Shown here: positions 8,207 through 18,567 of the stretch, one piece after another
How the letters are laid out: every line of letters starts with the position of its first letter
Position numbering within the stretch: position 1 is the first letter of the stretch
NCBI GenBank assembly: GCA_041615815.1
Contig: JBFJCP010000004.1
Span: forward strand, 1 to 64,000
DNA length: 64,000 nt
DNA from: Gemmatimonadales bacterium
Lineage (GTDB): Bacteria > Gemmatimonadota > Gemmatimonadetes > Gemmatimonadales > GWC2-71-9
Direction of reading: 5' to 3'
Notes under the pieces: generated by a model
Database searches by the model: none
What the model was told of the DNA's origin: nothing
The model's input: the letters and a program-made list of their open reading frames with translations, nothing else
Translations under genes and position numbers: made by a program

Positions 8207-10519
8207 TCAACGCCGGAACAAGTATTGAAACTTGGCAAATAGTTGTCGTGAGGTCTGGGCAAACTGATTTGGCTCGTCGAAATCTTGATAGGCGTGGGTA
8301 GATCCGATGAAAAACAGGGTGAAGGGGTTCACCTTGTAGGTGAGGAGGGGTTCGATATTGAGCTCTTGTGAAAAATCGTTGTACTGCACCACGATGCGCA
8401 GAAATAGCTCCCTTGTGAACTGCAGGCTGGTTCTTGTCCGCAGAATGAAACCATCGAACAATTCGCGGCCGTCCGGATCCTCGAGGGTGGAGTAGTTGAC
8501 CGATGGACTGATCACGAGGCGGGACAACGGTTTCAGCGTCGCGAAGAACTCGGCGTTGGCACCGGTGCCGAGCAACGGCGCGTCGGGGTCCCGAAAGATG
8601 GTCTCACCGTATGAGAGGAAGAACCCGAGTCGCACCGGATCGCTGAAGTTCGAATTGACGAACAAGCCCCATCGCTGAATGTCGTCGAACTCGACGTCGG
8701 CAAAGCGCTCACTTCCAAAATCATACCAGAAATTGAGGAAGGTCTGTCCCACGAGATTGAACCAAATACTTGGCTCGAACAACGTGCGTTTCGTGACCCC
8801 GTCGAAGTTCCAGTCACGGCGCACGAACACGCTGGGTGTCACCTGGTCCACCAGCTCGGTCTTGGGATAGAAGAAGAGTCCTTGCCACATCGAGACTCGC
8901 CGGAGGTCGTTGCGAAACTCGAAGCCATTGTCGGCGCGGAACGTGGGGCTGTAGGCCCAGTAGTCGAAATCGAAGTTCCAGAAGCGCGCGCTGCGTTCGA
9001 GACTCGTGTATTGAGCAAATCCGCTGAAGGACTCGCCGTCGAAACCAGCCGTATGGTTCCCGCGGTCGAAGGTGAGATCGTTGATACCGCTCGTCAGCGT
9101 CGTATCATCGGGCTCGGCCGTATGGCTGTACAGGAACTGGTATTCCAGGCGGTAGTTGTCGAGGAAGCGGAACTGTCCATCGACCCCTGCCACCGTGCCC
9201 GAGCCGCCGTCCTCCAGGCGTCGATCGGTCAAGATCACTCCTGCATAGGAGTCCCGAAGAAAGGTCTGTCTGAGGCGGGCGATGTTCGTGATCCCCTTGT
9301 CCGCGCGACTCACGAAGCTCCGCTCTTCAAACGGGATCAACACGGGCGAATCCTCATCCCGGGCACCGAGATACGCCACATTGGTTCGACCCAGACGGCC
9401 AATGAGTTTGGTGGCGAGTTGCGGATTGTTGATCTGGCGCGTGTACACGACGTTGAAAAAGGTGTCGAAGAGGTCGCTTCCTTCCTGAAAGAACGGCCGC
9501 CGCTCGGGAAAGAACAGCGCGAACGTCGTATTCACGTCGATCTGGGCCACGTCGGATTCCACCTGACTGAAATCCGGATTGAACGTTCCTTCGGCTGTGA
9601 TTCCGGATGCAAAGGCATAGCGCACGCCGACCGAGAAATCGCCATCCACACGGTCGTTCTCGAATCCGGACGAGGGATCGGACGTATTGCGCAATGCGCC
9701 GTTGTGCGATGCGACCACGGATGGGAGGAACTCCAAGGCTCCGCCGGGGCGAACCCCTTCAATCCCCGTCAGCGTTCCGAACTGGCAGAGAAAGCAAGGG
9801 TCATCCCGGTCGATTGCTGCCCACGTATGCTGCTCCCGGCTCCCACGGGGCCGCGTGCGCCAGAAGGTGGCACGCCACGTATGGACCGGTCGGTCTGGAA
9901 ATCGGAGGCTGGCAAAGGGAATCGCCATCTCGATGTGATACCCGCGGTCTGTTATCTGCGCCTCGGTGTGGTAGATGATGTCGAACCCGTCATCCTCGCC
10001 ACCGGCAGTGGCGAACCGGGAATCACCCTGCACGCCAAAAGGGTTGGCGAAGAGAAAATACGCCCAAGCCGCATCACCATAGGTGTCGAGCAGGATCCCG
10101 AAGTAGTCATCTTGCCACATCTCGTCGCGATCACGGAGCGATGCGCGGATGGTCGAGGGCCGATCAAAGGCGAGGAACGCGATGTACAGGTGCTTGTCGT
10201 CGTACGTGACCCACACCTCGCTCTCCACGGACGGTCTCGCTTGTTCATCCGGAAAATGCTCGGCGAAATTCCCAACCTTGGCTGCACCCTGCCACCCGGC
10301 GTCGTCGAGGACACCGTCGATTTCGATGGGACCGACGGCCCGCCCGATAGTGAGCGTGGGTTTGACGTTTGGGACAAAATTGATGTCGCTGGCACCAGCC
10401 GGAGTGGACTCGCTCGTTTGTGCCACGATCGGGAGGGGACCGAACGCGTGGAGGCCGAGGACCACTCCAATTCCGACGAGCTGGCGGCTCGGGAACCGCC
10501 GGGGCGCGGTCGCGGTCAT
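8207..10519 (-). CDS. CBM9-like + DUF5916 outer-membrane protein
   Basis: IEIDGVLDDAGW CBM9-like start; TFNPDFSQVESD, FFPERRPFFQEG; C-terminal FAKFQYLF. Confidence 0.85.
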   Translation of the reverse strand: MTATAPRRFPSRQLVGIGVVLGLHAFGPLPIVAQTSESTPAGASDINFVPNVKPTLTIGRAVGPIEIDGVLDDAGWQGAAKVGNFAEHFPDEQARPSVESEVWVTYDDKHLYIAFLAFDRPSTIRASLRDRDEMWQDDYFGILLDTYGDAAWAYFLFANPFGVQGDSRFATAGGEDDGFDIIYHTEAQITDRGYHIEMAIPFASLRFPDRPVHTWRATFWRTRPRGSREQHTWAAIDRDDPCFLCQFGTLTGIEGVRPGGALEFLPSVVASHNGALRNTSDPSSGFENDRVDGDFSVGVRYAFASGITAEGTFNPDFSQVESDVAQIDVNTTFALFFPERRPFFQEGSDLFDTFFNVVYTRQINNPQLATKLIGRLGRTNVAYLGARDEDSPVLIPFEERSFVSRADKGITNIARLRQTFLRDSYAGVILTDRRLEDGGSGTVAGVDGQFRFLDNYRLEYQFLYSHTAEPDDTTLTSGINDLTFDRGNHTAGFDGESFSGFAQYTSLERSARFWNFDFDYWAYSPTFRADNGFEFRNDLRRVSMWQGLFFYPKTELVDQVTPSVFVRRDWNFDGVTKRTLFEPSIWFNLVGQTFLNFWYDFGSERFADVEFDDIQRWGLFVNSNFSDPVRLGFFLSYGETIFRDPDAPLLGTGANAEFFATLKPLSRLVISPSVNYSTLEDPDGRELFDGFILRTRTSLQFTRELFLRIVVQYNDFSQELNIEPLLTYKVNPFTLFFIGSTHAYQDFDEPNQFAQTSRQLFAKFQYLFRR

Positions 10520-10664
10520 TGGAGGCCTATCGTGTTGTGGTTACCCCGTTAGATGCGGGAACGTCTGTAAAGGTTGCCCACCGGTCTCGATGCACGGTGA
10601 AACGCTTGACGGCTTCGCCCCTGGAGCTAAGGTACGGTTCGACTCACACCTCGGTGGAGCAAGA

Positions 10665-11492
10665 ATGCCAGGTTCGTCTTCGGATCGTCCTCGTGCGGGA
10701 TGGCGCGCTCGCCTCCACGAGGTGATTTTCGAGGCCGATACTCCCAGCGGAAAGTTCTTTGACGTCGCCCTCATTTGGCTGATCATTCTGAGCGTCGTCA
10801 CGGTGATGCTGGAGAGCATTCGGCCCTTTCGGCTCGCCTACGGTCCCACACTCCGTGCCGTGGAATGGGGGTTCACGCTCCTCTTCAGCGTCGAGTACCT
10901 GCTTCGGTTGATCTGTGTGCGACGTGCATGGCGGTACGCGGTGAGCTTTTTTGGCATCGTGGACCTGCTGGCCATCTTGCCGACGTATCTGAGCTTGTTC
11001 ATTCCTGGGGGCCAGGCCCTGCTCTCGGTGCGAGCGCTCAGACTGCTCCGCGTGTTCCGCGTGCTCAAGCTGGCGCAGCATCTGAAGGAAGCCAGGGTGC
11101 TCATGCGAGCGCTCCGGGCCACGAGGTACAAGATCACCGTCTTTCTGAGCACCGTGCTGACGCTCGTCGTGATTCTGGGATCCCTGATCTATCTCGTGGA
11201 GGGCGCAGCCAGTGGGTTCACGAGCATTCCCAAAGGCATCTATTGGGCCATCGTGACCGTGACCACGGTGGGGTATGGTGATATCGCGCCGCAAACGAAC
11301 ATTGGACAGTTCATCGCCGCCATCGCCATGCTCATGGGCTACGCCATCATCGCGGTGCCCACCGGGATCGTGACCGTCGAACTGAGTCGCGCCGCGCACC
11401 ACGAGATAACGACGCAAGTGTGCCCGCACTGTACCCGGGAAGGACACGATTCCGACGCCGTGCACTGCAAGTTTTGCGGGTGGAAATTGTGA
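10665..11492 (+). CDS. Voltage-gated-type potassium channel (ion transporter)
   Basis: S4-like RALRLLRVFRVLK; selectivity filter TTVGYGD; C-terminal CPHC...CKFC. Confidence 0.92.
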   Translation: MPGSSSDRPRAGWRARLHEVIFEADTPSGKFFDVALIWLIILSVVTVMLESIRPFRLAYGPTLRAVEWGFTLLFSVEYLLRLICVRRAWRYAVSFFGIVDLLAILPTYLSLFIPGGQALLSVRALRLLRVFRVLKLAQHLKEARVLMRALRATRYKITVFLSTVLTLVVILGSLIYLVEGAASGFTSIPKGIYWAIVTVTTVGYGDIAPQTNIGQFIAAIAMLMGYAIIAVPTGIVTVELSRAAHHEITTQVCPHCTREGHDSDAVHCKFCGWKL

Positions 11493-11562
11493 GATGGAGT
11501 GGGGAGTGAACCGGAAGGAATAGAGGAGTGCTCGAGGCACCCCTCACCCCTTACTCCTGACT
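11490..11562. repeat. Degenerate 7-bp tandem repeats in inverted arrangement
   Basis: ggagtgg ggagtga ... aggagtg facing cccctca cccctta ctcctga, between convergent genes. Confidence 0.5.
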
Positions 11563-13224
11563 ATTGTGTAGCATCTCCATCCCTTGCTCGAACACGATGT
11601 CGACCGGAATGCCGGCGGCCGCCAGCCGATCGAGGTCGCGCTGGAGGCCGGGGCCGATCGCGCCGCGTTCGGCAAAGAGGGTGGCCGCGCCGTCGTAGTC
11701 GCCATCACCCTGGAGCCGCAGTAACAGATTGGACAGGGCGGTGACCGCCTCCTTCATGGGTTCGATCTCCACCCGAAAGCGTCCGGTTCCCTCATCGCGA
11801 GTGAACGCTCCCTGTTCGGCGAAGAAGCTGAACCGCACCATGTTGGCCTTGCCGTGCGCGCTCGACGCGCCAAACCGCACCGACCGGAAGACACTCGCCA
11901 GAAACGTCACGTAATAATCCCGTAACGTGCCCTCGGTAATCTCTCCGTCTTGGAGCAACGTGGTGATCATCCACAGGCCGAGGATATCGGCCTTTCCTTC
12001 TTCCATCGCCGAGGCGTGTTCACGTAGTGCTTCACGGACTGTGCGGTCACCGGACACCGTGTTCTTGATCCCCAGCCCGTGCGCGACTTCGTGGAACATC
12101 GTGTTGGCAAAAAAGGCGTCGAACGTGATGTGTTGGCGTTGATCCTCGGCGATGAGGAGGTCCGCGATGGGGACGAGGATCCGATCGAACTTGGCGCGCA
12201 TGGCGTTCTTGATCTGGATACGCCGGGTCCCTTTCTCGAGCTGGACGACTTCATCGTTTGGCAGGTTGACGGCGATGGCCTTCGAGCCCGCATTGATATC
12301 GCCAGAGAAGTAGATGGCGTCGTAGGCATTCAGCTCGGAATCCGTACCGGGCGTTTCCTGTCGATAGGATGGTGCCACCGGAAGCCGTCGTTGAAGACCG
12401 GGAAGCAATGTGGTGTACCGCGAGAGCCTGCGGCTCCACGCCGCATCCTTGACGAGCACGAGCCCTTCGTAGGCTGCCTTGTACCCAAAGAGCTGGTCCT
12501 CATAGGTCTCGATCGGGCCGATGACGATGTCGATTGCATTGGATCGCATGTCCAGCCACGCCATGTCGCTGGATCGAAAGTCGTCCGTCATCAGGGCATC
12601 GGCGCGTGTTTCCAAGTAGCGCTTCAGTGCCACATCGTCGGCCAGCTCCGCGGCGGCTCGCAACTTCGAGGCAGCCACGGCGAGCCGGTTTGTGTACGCA
12701 ACGTGATACGGCACCGTCACCAGGGCACCTTGTGGATCGCGGCGGACCAACGTGTACAGATCGGTGAACTCGCTGGCCAAATCCGGATGCGCGCGCACGA
12801 AGGACTCGAACTCGTCCCGCGTCATGTCCCTGGGATAGAGGTTGGCCCCCGGCGGCTTGGAGCCGACGCCGGCAAGAAATGGGGCATCACCGGCGAGGCG
12901 GTCCCACGGACCGTAGTTGATCTCGGCATATTGCCGCAGGCCCGCGTCCGTGATTGCCGTGAGGAGCGAATCCCGATTGCCATAGGCTTGATCCCAGAAC
13001 AGTGGGTCCATTTGCTGCGCGGCCTCCACGAGGAGGGGCAGCATGGCCCGCTGGCGATCGGTGAGGTGATCGATATCGGCCGAGAGACGAACGGTGGCGT
13101 ATTGGCTGAGCAACGTCTCGGCGTCGGTCACGGATGCGCGGTCATCCGATGGGGCACAGGCGGTGACCACGCCGGCGAGCACGACCGTGAGCAGTGCACG
13201 CGGGAGGCTAGTGGGCAGCATCAT
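11551..13224 (-). CDS. Peptidase M49 (dipeptidyl peptidase III-like) lipoprotein
   Basis: IGPIETYED, AVNLPND, FHEVAHGLG, MEEGKAD; lipobox VTAC; start may be 13221-13236. Confidence 0.88.
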   Translation of the reverse strand: MMLPTSLPRALLTVVLAGVVTACAPSDDRASVTDAETLLSQYATVRLSADIDHLTDRQRAMLPLLVEAAQQMDPLFWDQAYGNRDSLLTAITDAGLRQYAEINYGPWDRLAGDAPFLAGVGSKPPGANLYPRDMTRDEFESFVRAHPDLASEFTDLYTLVRRDPQGALVTVPYHVAYTNRLAVAASKLRAAAELADDVALKRYLETRADALMTDDFRSSDMAWLDMRSNAIDIVIGPIETYEDQLFGYKAAYEGLVLVKDAAWSRRLSRYTTLLPGLQRRLPVAPSYRQETPGTDSELNAYDAIYFSGDINAGSKAIAVNLPNDEVVQLEKGTRRIQIKNAMRAKFDRILVPIADLLIAEDQRQHITFDAFFANTMFHEVAHGLGIKNTVSGDRTVREALREHASAMEEGKADILGLWMITTLLQDGEITEGTLRDYYVTFLASVFRSVRFGASSAHGKANMVRFSFFAEQGAFTRDEGTGRFRVEIEPMKEAVTALSNLLLRLQGDGDYDGAATLFAERGAIGPGLQRDLDRLAAAGIPVDIVFEQGMEMLHNSQE

Positions 13225-13339
13225 GGTGACGAGCATCCAATCGTAGGGCACGGAAGCATGGGTTCGACTGCAATGTAGTGACCCGCTCCGCCCGAGGAAA
13301 CGCACCGCGCTTGCGGACGCTCATGGAGCCGGATAGTCT

Positions 13340-13510
13340 ATAGGTTAACAACGAGTGCGGATGGGGTCTTTCGGAAGTCCGGTGAGAATCCGGCGCGGCC
13401 CCGCCACTGTGAGAGGCCCGGACACGATCGTCCGGTGTAACCCGCTCAAATCGCCACTGGGAAACTGGGAAGGCGAGCGAGGTTGCCTCGAGCCAGGAGA
13501 CCGGCCCACT
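13340..13510 (+). ncRNA. Cobalamin riboswitch
   Basis: GGAAgtccGGTGAGAATCCGGCGCGGCCCCGCCACTGTGA; GCCACTGGGAAACTGGGAAGGC; B12 box GAGCCAGGAGACCGGCC; directly upstream of btu-like genes. Confidence 0.93.
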
Positions 13511-13575
13511 CCGCTCCCGCAAAAGCGTCCCTCGCGGGAGGGGTGCGGGGCCGTGTACGTCAACCGACGACAGCT

Positions 13576-13618
13576 CCCGTTCTCTCCCCGACCATGGGAA
13601 GGACGGGTTTGTTGTTTT
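13576..13618 (+). terminator. Riboswitch attenuator (intrinsic terminator)
   Basis: About 12-bp stem CCCGTTCTCTCCC/GGGAAGGACGGG followed by TTTGTTGTTTT just before the btuF start. Confidence 0.7.
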
Positions 13619-13626
13619 CACGCCGA

Positions 13627-14559
13627 GTGCATCTGAACGGCCGTTGGCTGCGCCGGCTTCTCACTGCCGTGATCCTGGTGGCGTTGGGGGCGTGCGCCGG
13701 CGCCGGCGGGGATGACCGTCGCGCGACCGGCCGGATCACGGTGTTGGATGACGCGGGTGTTACCGTTGCCCTCGCTCAGCCGGCGTCCCGGGTGGTGTCG
13801 CTCGTGCCGAGCGCCACGGATATTTTCGTGGCGCTCGGCGTGCAGGACCGGCTCGTCGGCCGCACCGACTACGACACCGACCCTCGGGTGGCGGATCTCC
13901 CGTCCGTGGGTGGAGGGCTCGACCCCAGTCTCGAAACCCTCGCGGCCCTCCGCCCGGAGCTCGTGGTTGCGTGGGCGGAGGCCGGTCCATCCACCCTTCG
14001 GTCGCAGTTGGAACCACTCGGGATCGCCGTCTTTGGCCTGCGCTCGCAAGACACGTCGGACGTGTTTCGGAGTATCGATCGGCTTGGCCATCTCGTGGCG
14101 CGCGACTCGGCCGCGGCGGTGTTGGCCCACGCAGTGCGAGAGGGACTGGCGGCGGTCCAGGCCTCCGTGGCCGACCGGCCGGTGCCGAGCGTGGTCTATC
14201 TGGTGGAACACGATCCGCCGATGATCCCGGGACCCGCCACCTTCATCTCGCAAATCATCGGCGTGGCCGGCGGCCGGGTGGTCTTCCCGGACGTTGCGGC
14301 TCTCTGGCCACAGATCTCGCTGGAAGAGATCGTGCGTCGGCAGCCCGATGTTCTCGCGTTTCCCGAGCTACCGTCCATGGTCCAGTTCGTGAGTCGGATT
14401 GGTGATGCTCCCGGGTGGCGCGATCTCGCCGCCGTCCGCACCGGACGCATCATCTTGATGCCACCGGAACTGATGAGCCGGCCGGGACCGCAGATCGTGG
14501 AGGCGGCGCAGGTGCTCCGCGACCGGCTGCATTCCGGATTCGGGGTCTCTCAGCCGTGA
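13627..14559 (+). CDS. btuF: Cobalamin ABC transporter substrate-binding lipoprotein
   Basis: Lipobox LGAC; RVVSLVPSATD, LVGRTDY, ETLAALRPELV, SRPGPQIVE; GTG start inferred. Confidence 0.88.
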   Translation: MHLNGRWLRRLLTAVILVALGACAGAGGDDRRATGRITVLDDAGVTVALAQPASRVVSLVPSATDIFVALGVQDRLVGRTDYDTDPRVADLPSVGGGLDPSLETLAALRPELVVAWAEAGPSTLRSQLEPLGIAVFGLRSQDTSDVFRSIDRLGHLVARDSAAAVLAHAVREGLAAVQASVADRPVPSVVYLVEHDPPMIPGPATFISQIIGVAGGRVVFPDVAALWPQISLEEIVRRQPDVLAFPELPSMVQFVSRIGDAPGWRDLAAVRTGRIILMPPELMSRPGPQIVEAAQVLRDRLHSGFGVSQP

Positions 14560-15551
14560 CCGGCAGGCGAATGACGCTCGGGTTGCTCCTACTCGGTGGT
14601 CTGGTCGTGATCTCGTTGCTCGTGAGCATCCGGTTCGGGGCGGTGGCATTGGGGGCGGGCGAACTCGTTGACGCCGTGCGGGGTCGGGGGGACTCGACGG
14701 TCGTCGCCATCGTACGAGGGCTTCGGTTGCCTCGAGCCATCCAGGCGGCCCTGGTGGGGGCGGCGTTGTCAGCGAGCGGAGCCACCTTCCAGGCCTTGCT
14801 CAGAAACCCCCTGGCCGATCCCTACATCCTGGGTGTGTCGGGCGGGGCGGCGGTGGGGGCGGTGCTGGCCGTCGTGATCGGCGTGGAAGCCGCCAGCGCG
14901 TGGACCGTGCCACTGGCCGCGTTCGTCGGGGCGTTGCTCGCCATCGCGGTGGTGCTCCGGATTGCGCTGATGGTGGGACGAACCCTCGACACTCGGATTT
15001 TGCTCCTCGCCGGCGTCGTGGTCGCCGCGTTTTTCAACGCGTGCATTCTGCTGATTCTCACGTTCGCCGACGTCGAATCGTTTCGATCGGCCATCTTTTG
15101 GATGATGGGGAGTCTCGCGGGGGCTAGCTGGACGCGCGCGGGGATCCTGGCGGCCTATCTGATTCCGGCGCTCGCGATCCTGATGACGCTCGCCAGACCG
15201 CTCAACCTCTTTGCGATTGGCGAGGAGACCGCCGCATATCTGGGCACCAGGGTGGAGCGAACGAAGGTGCTGGCGTATGGGACGGCGTCCCTCATGACCG
15301 CCGCGGCCGTGGCACTCAGTGGTGTGATTGGATTCGTTGGTTTGATCACCCCACATGTCGTGCGCCTCGTGTGGGGAAGCGACTACCGCTTTCTGATTCC
15401 CGCCGCGACGCTTCTGGGTGCCGCCTTTCTCGTGCTCACCGACACGCTGGCCCGCACGGTTGCGGCACCGACCGAGCTTCCGGTGGGGGTGGTGACGGCG
15501 CTCGTGGGTGTTCCGTTCTTTGTGTGGCTGTTACGGCGGCGGGGCGCGTGA
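14556..15551 (+). CDS. btuC: Cobalamin ABC transporter permease (FecCD family)
   Basis: LRLPRA, QALLRNPLADPYILGVSGGA, GVIGFVGLITPH, ELPVGVVT; GTGA overlap with btuF. Confidence 0.9.
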   Translation: MTGRRMTLGLLLLGGLVVISLLVSIRFGAVALGAGELVDAVRGRGDSTVVAIVRGLRLPRAIQAALVGAALSASGATFQALLRNPLADPYILGVSGGAAVGAVLAVVIGVEAASAWTVPLAAFVGALLAIAVVLRIALMVGRTLDTRILLLAGVVVAAFFNACILLILTFADVESFRSAIFWMMGSLAGASWTRAGILAAYLIPALAILMTLARPLNLFAIGEETAAYLGTRVERTKVLAYGTASLMTAAAVALSGVIGFVGLITPHVVRLVWGSDYRFLIPAATLLGAAFLVLTDTLARTVAAPTELPVGVVTALVGVPFFVWLLRRRGA

Positions 15552-16366
15552 CGACCTGGCGGTGCGACGGCCTCACGTTCCGGTATCCGGAGGCGACCAG
15601 CCCGGCGATCGACGGGATCACGCTGGAAATCCCCGGCAAGGCGAGTACGGCCATCATCGGACCCAACGGTTCGGGGAAGTCGACGCTCTTGCGGCTCTTG
15701 TTGGGCGTCATCGCGCCCCATCAGGGTCATGTGGTATTCCGCGATCAACCACTGAGACGGTGGAACCGGGCGGCGCTGGCCCGAGAGGTCGGGGTCGTTC
15801 CGCAGGGGGAGGAAATCGTGTTTCCACTCTCCGTGCGGGAACTCGTGGCCATGGGACGCTATCCCCACCTCGGAGCGTGGAGGCGGGAGGCGGCGCGAGA
15901 TCGACGCGCCATTGAGGAGGCCATGACCCGCTGCGACGTGGTCGACCTCGCCGATCGAGCCATCGCCACCCTCTCAGGCGGAGAGCGTCAACTGGCGCGC
16001 GTGGCCCGCGCGCTGGCGCAAGAACCCGGCGCGCTGGCGTTGGACGAGCCCACGGTGGCGCTCGATATCCGGCACGAGATGACCATCTTCGAGCTTCTGC
16101 GCCAACTGGGACATCGGGGAGTCACGGTACTCGTGGTCACGCATAATCTCAACTTGGCCGCGCGGTACGCGGACCGCTTAGTCCTCTTGGCCAGTGGACG
16201 CGTTGCCTCCCAAGGGGCTCCTGCCGATGTGCTGCAGCGGGAAGTCGTGGAGTCGGTCTACGGATGGCGGGTGGAGATCAGGCCGTTCGAGGGACCGGGT
16301 CCGGATACCGGAGCCCCGCAGGTGGTGCCGCTCGCCGGAAGGAGAGGGGTCGATGCGGCTCGCTAG
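15548..16366 (+). CDS. btuD: Cobalamin ABC transporter ATP-binding protein
   Basis: Walker A GPNGSGKS, LSGGE, LDEPT, H-loop VTHNLN; GTGA overlap with btuC. Confidence 0.9.
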   Translation: MTTWRCDGLTFRYPEATSPAIDGITLEIPGKASTAIIGPNGSGKSTLLRLLLGVIAPHQGHVVFRDQPLRRWNRAALAREVGVVPQGEEIVFPLSVRELVAMGRYPHLGAWRREAARDRRAIEEAMTRCDVVDLADRAIATLSGGERQLARVARALAQEPGALALDEPTVALDIRHEMTIFELLRQLGHRGVTVLVVTHNLNLAARYADRLVLLASGRVASQGAPADVLQREVVESVYGWRVEIRPFEGPGPDTGAPQVVPLAGRRGVDAAR

Positions 16367-18554
16367 CCTCGGTTTGGCGCTCTTGTGCACGAGCGTCGTT
16401 TCGCTTTCGGCCACCGCGCAATTCCCTCCCGAGATACGGGGTCGGGTGGTGGACCGCTCGAGCGGTGCCGGGCTCGCCGGGGCCACTATCACCGTCGCGG
16501 GGGGAACACGGCGGGTCATGACCGATGCGGACGGCCGGTTCGTGCTCAGGGGCCTGGTGCCCGGCGAGCGAGAACTCACGGTTCGCGCATTCGGATACCT
16601 GCCGATCCAGGTGTCGACCCACGTGGCCAACGGTCGTGTGGAGCACTTGGTGGTGGCCCTCGATCCGCTTCCCGCTCTTCTCGAACCGATGGTGATCGAA
16701 GGAACGCAAACAGGACAGGTGGTCGGTCTCACCGAGCTCGATCGCTTCACCATCGAGCGCTCCGGCGCGCGCGACCTCGGCGATCTGCTCGATGGGATCC
16801 CAGGTCTCACCGTCATCCGCCGGGGCGGCCCCGGCTCGCCCGCGGTGGCTGCGATGCGGGGAGGCCAGGGCGACGACGTGCTCGTGTTGCTGGATGGCGT
16901 TTCCATCAATTCACCGCTCACGGGGGAAGCGGATCTTTCGACTGTGGGCACCCAATCGCTGGAGCGTGTCCGGGTGTTACGAGGCGCGCAGTCGGCTCGG
17001 TACGGAGGCCGTGCGATGACCGGCGTCATCGTGGTGGAGACGAGAACCTCGGCGGCGCCCGAGCTGGGCCTCTCGGTGGGGAGGGGCGGATTGGGCGAGC
17101 AGTCGGCGGCGTTCCATGCCGGCGGTTCGACGGGGAAGGGACGCGGCCTCAGCGCCAATGTGGGCGGTGAGTGGCGCACGGTGGACGGGGACTTTGCCTA
17201 TGCAGTTCCCGAGGTGCGAGGCGGCGGGCGCGCCGTGCGTGAGAATGCGGATGCCTCGTTGCTCAATCTGAGTGGCACGGGGGTCTGGCAGGGTTCGCGA
17301 GTGCGGCTGGCAGGACATCTGGATGGGTTCGCCGCCTCGCGCGGGATGCCGGGATCCGTGGTCCAGCCATCTTTGGGGGGACGGCAGACGCAGCGGCGGC
17401 TGGCCGGGGGTCTGAGCGTGGAGGGATTCGCAGGGGAGTGGTTGGTCTTTGGTCGGATGGACGGACAGGTGCAGCATGCGGCGTTCCGAGATTCCAGTCC
17501 ACCCGGGGGTGCTCCGTTCCATGCGCGGACGCGCGTGACGTCCTGGCAGACGGAGTTGGGCACCGAGGTTCGCGTTGGGAGGTTTAGCATCGTCAGCGGA
17601 ACGGACGTGCGCGGTCGGTGGTTCGACGCCTCCACGCTCACGGCCGATGCGCCGACGGCGCAGACGGAATGGGGTTCGTGGCTGAGTCTCCGCACTGGCT
17701 GGGTGCTTTCGGACGGGTGGGTGGCGGAAGTCTCTTCGGGCGCCCGAGTGGACTGGAACTCGCTCGTGCCGACCCTGGTGTTGTCTCCTCGGGTGAGCGC
17801 GTCGCTCGGTGGCCGGAGAATCTCGCTACGCTTGTCCGTCGGCTCGGCGTTCTCTCCGCCATCACTTGCGGATCAGTTCTTTCACGAGGGCGTGTTTGCG
17901 CAACCGAACCCCGAACTCCGGCCGGAACGTGTGCGGGCTGAAGTCCAGGGTGAGCTAGGCTGGAGCGACGTCCCCCTGCTCGGTGCCCGCGTGAGCGGGC
18001 GTCTCAGTGGGTACGTGGCAGACGTGAACGGGATGATTCTGTGGTTCCCGGATTTCCGGTTCGTCTGGCGCCCGGACAATTTCGACGTGCGGCGGCGTGG
18101 GGTCGAGTTGGAGACCACGATCCGCTTGCCCGTTGTGGGTGGTGAGCTCCGGGGAAGCTTCGGTCAATCTCTCGTGGAGTATGAGGGCCCGGTCCTCTCG
18201 GGTCAGGTGGTGTACCGCCCCGTAACCAGCGCGAGGATCGAGGCCGCCGCCACGATCGCTGGGCTCCGCTCTGGCGTGCGCGGGCGATACACCGGAAGAC
18301 GTCGCACCGTGGCCGGATCCCGACTCAATACCCTGCCCGACTATTGGGTCGTCGACCTGCAGTTTGATCGGCCCATCCGATTCGGTGGGTGGTCGACGGA
18401 CCTGTCCTTCCGAATCGACAACGTCTTCAACGAGTCCGCGTTCTTGCTCGTGGACTTTCCAGGCCCGGGGCGCACGTGGCGCGTCGGGTTGCGGCTCCGC
18501 ACCGGCGGAAGTCCGCCGCGCGGCGGGTCGAGCGACCACTCAATTTCCCGGTAG
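16353..18554 (+). CDS. btuB: TonB-dependent receptor, BtuB-like, with N-terminal carboxypeptidase-regulatory-like domain
   Basis: Signal peptide; GRVVD..GATI..TDADGRF; plug motifs VLVLLDGV, RVRVLRGAQSARYGG; IDNVFN..PGRTW; in riboswitch operon. Confidence 0.85.
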   Translation: MRLASLGLALLCTSVVSLSATAQFPPEIRGRVVDRSSGAGLAGATITVAGGTRRVMTDADGRFVLRGLVPGERELTVRAFGYLPIQVSTHVANGRVEHLVVALDPLPALLEPMVIEGTQTGQVVGLTELDRFTIERSGARDLGDLLDGIPGLTVIRRGGPGSPAVAAMRGGQGDDVLVLLDGVSINSPLTGEADLSTVGTQSLERVRVLRGAQSARYGGRAMTGVIVVETRTSAAPELGLSVGRGGLGEQSAAFHAGGSTGKGRGLSANVGGEWRTVDGDFAYAVPEVRGGGRAVRENADASLLNLSGTGVWQGSRVRLAGHLDGFAASRGMPGSVVQPSLGGRQTQRRLAGGLSVEGFAGEWLVFGRMDGQVQHAAFRDSSPPGGAPFHARTRVTSWQTELGTEVRVGRFSIVSGTDVRGRWFDASTLTADAPTAQTEWGSWLSLRTGWVLSDGWVAEVSSGARVDWNSLVPTLVLSPRVSASLGGRRISLRLSVGSAFSPPSLADQFFHEGVFAQPNPELRPERVRAEVQGELGWSDVPLLGARVSGRLSGYVADVNGMILWFPDFRFVWRPDNFDVRRRGVELETTIRLPVVGGELRGSFGQSLVEYEGPVLSGQVVYRPVTSARIEAAATIAGLRSGVRGRYTGRRRTVAGSRLNTLPDYWVVDLQFDRPIRFGGWSTDLSFRIDNVFNESAFLLVDFPGPGRTWRVGLRLRTGGSPPRGGSSDHSISR

Positions 18555-18567
18555 GAGGAGTCCTACG

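Noticed and set aside
8882..10552. 556-aa plus-strand ORF and similar long antisense ORFs (12079..13278, 43545..45062, 50885..52516, 32337..33470)
   Set aside because: Each lies opposite a well-supported gene and has no recognisable family features.
13208..13636. Short ORFs over the riboswitch and the upstream extension of btuF
   Set aside because: Explained by the structured RNA leader; the lipoprotein signal starts at about 13627.
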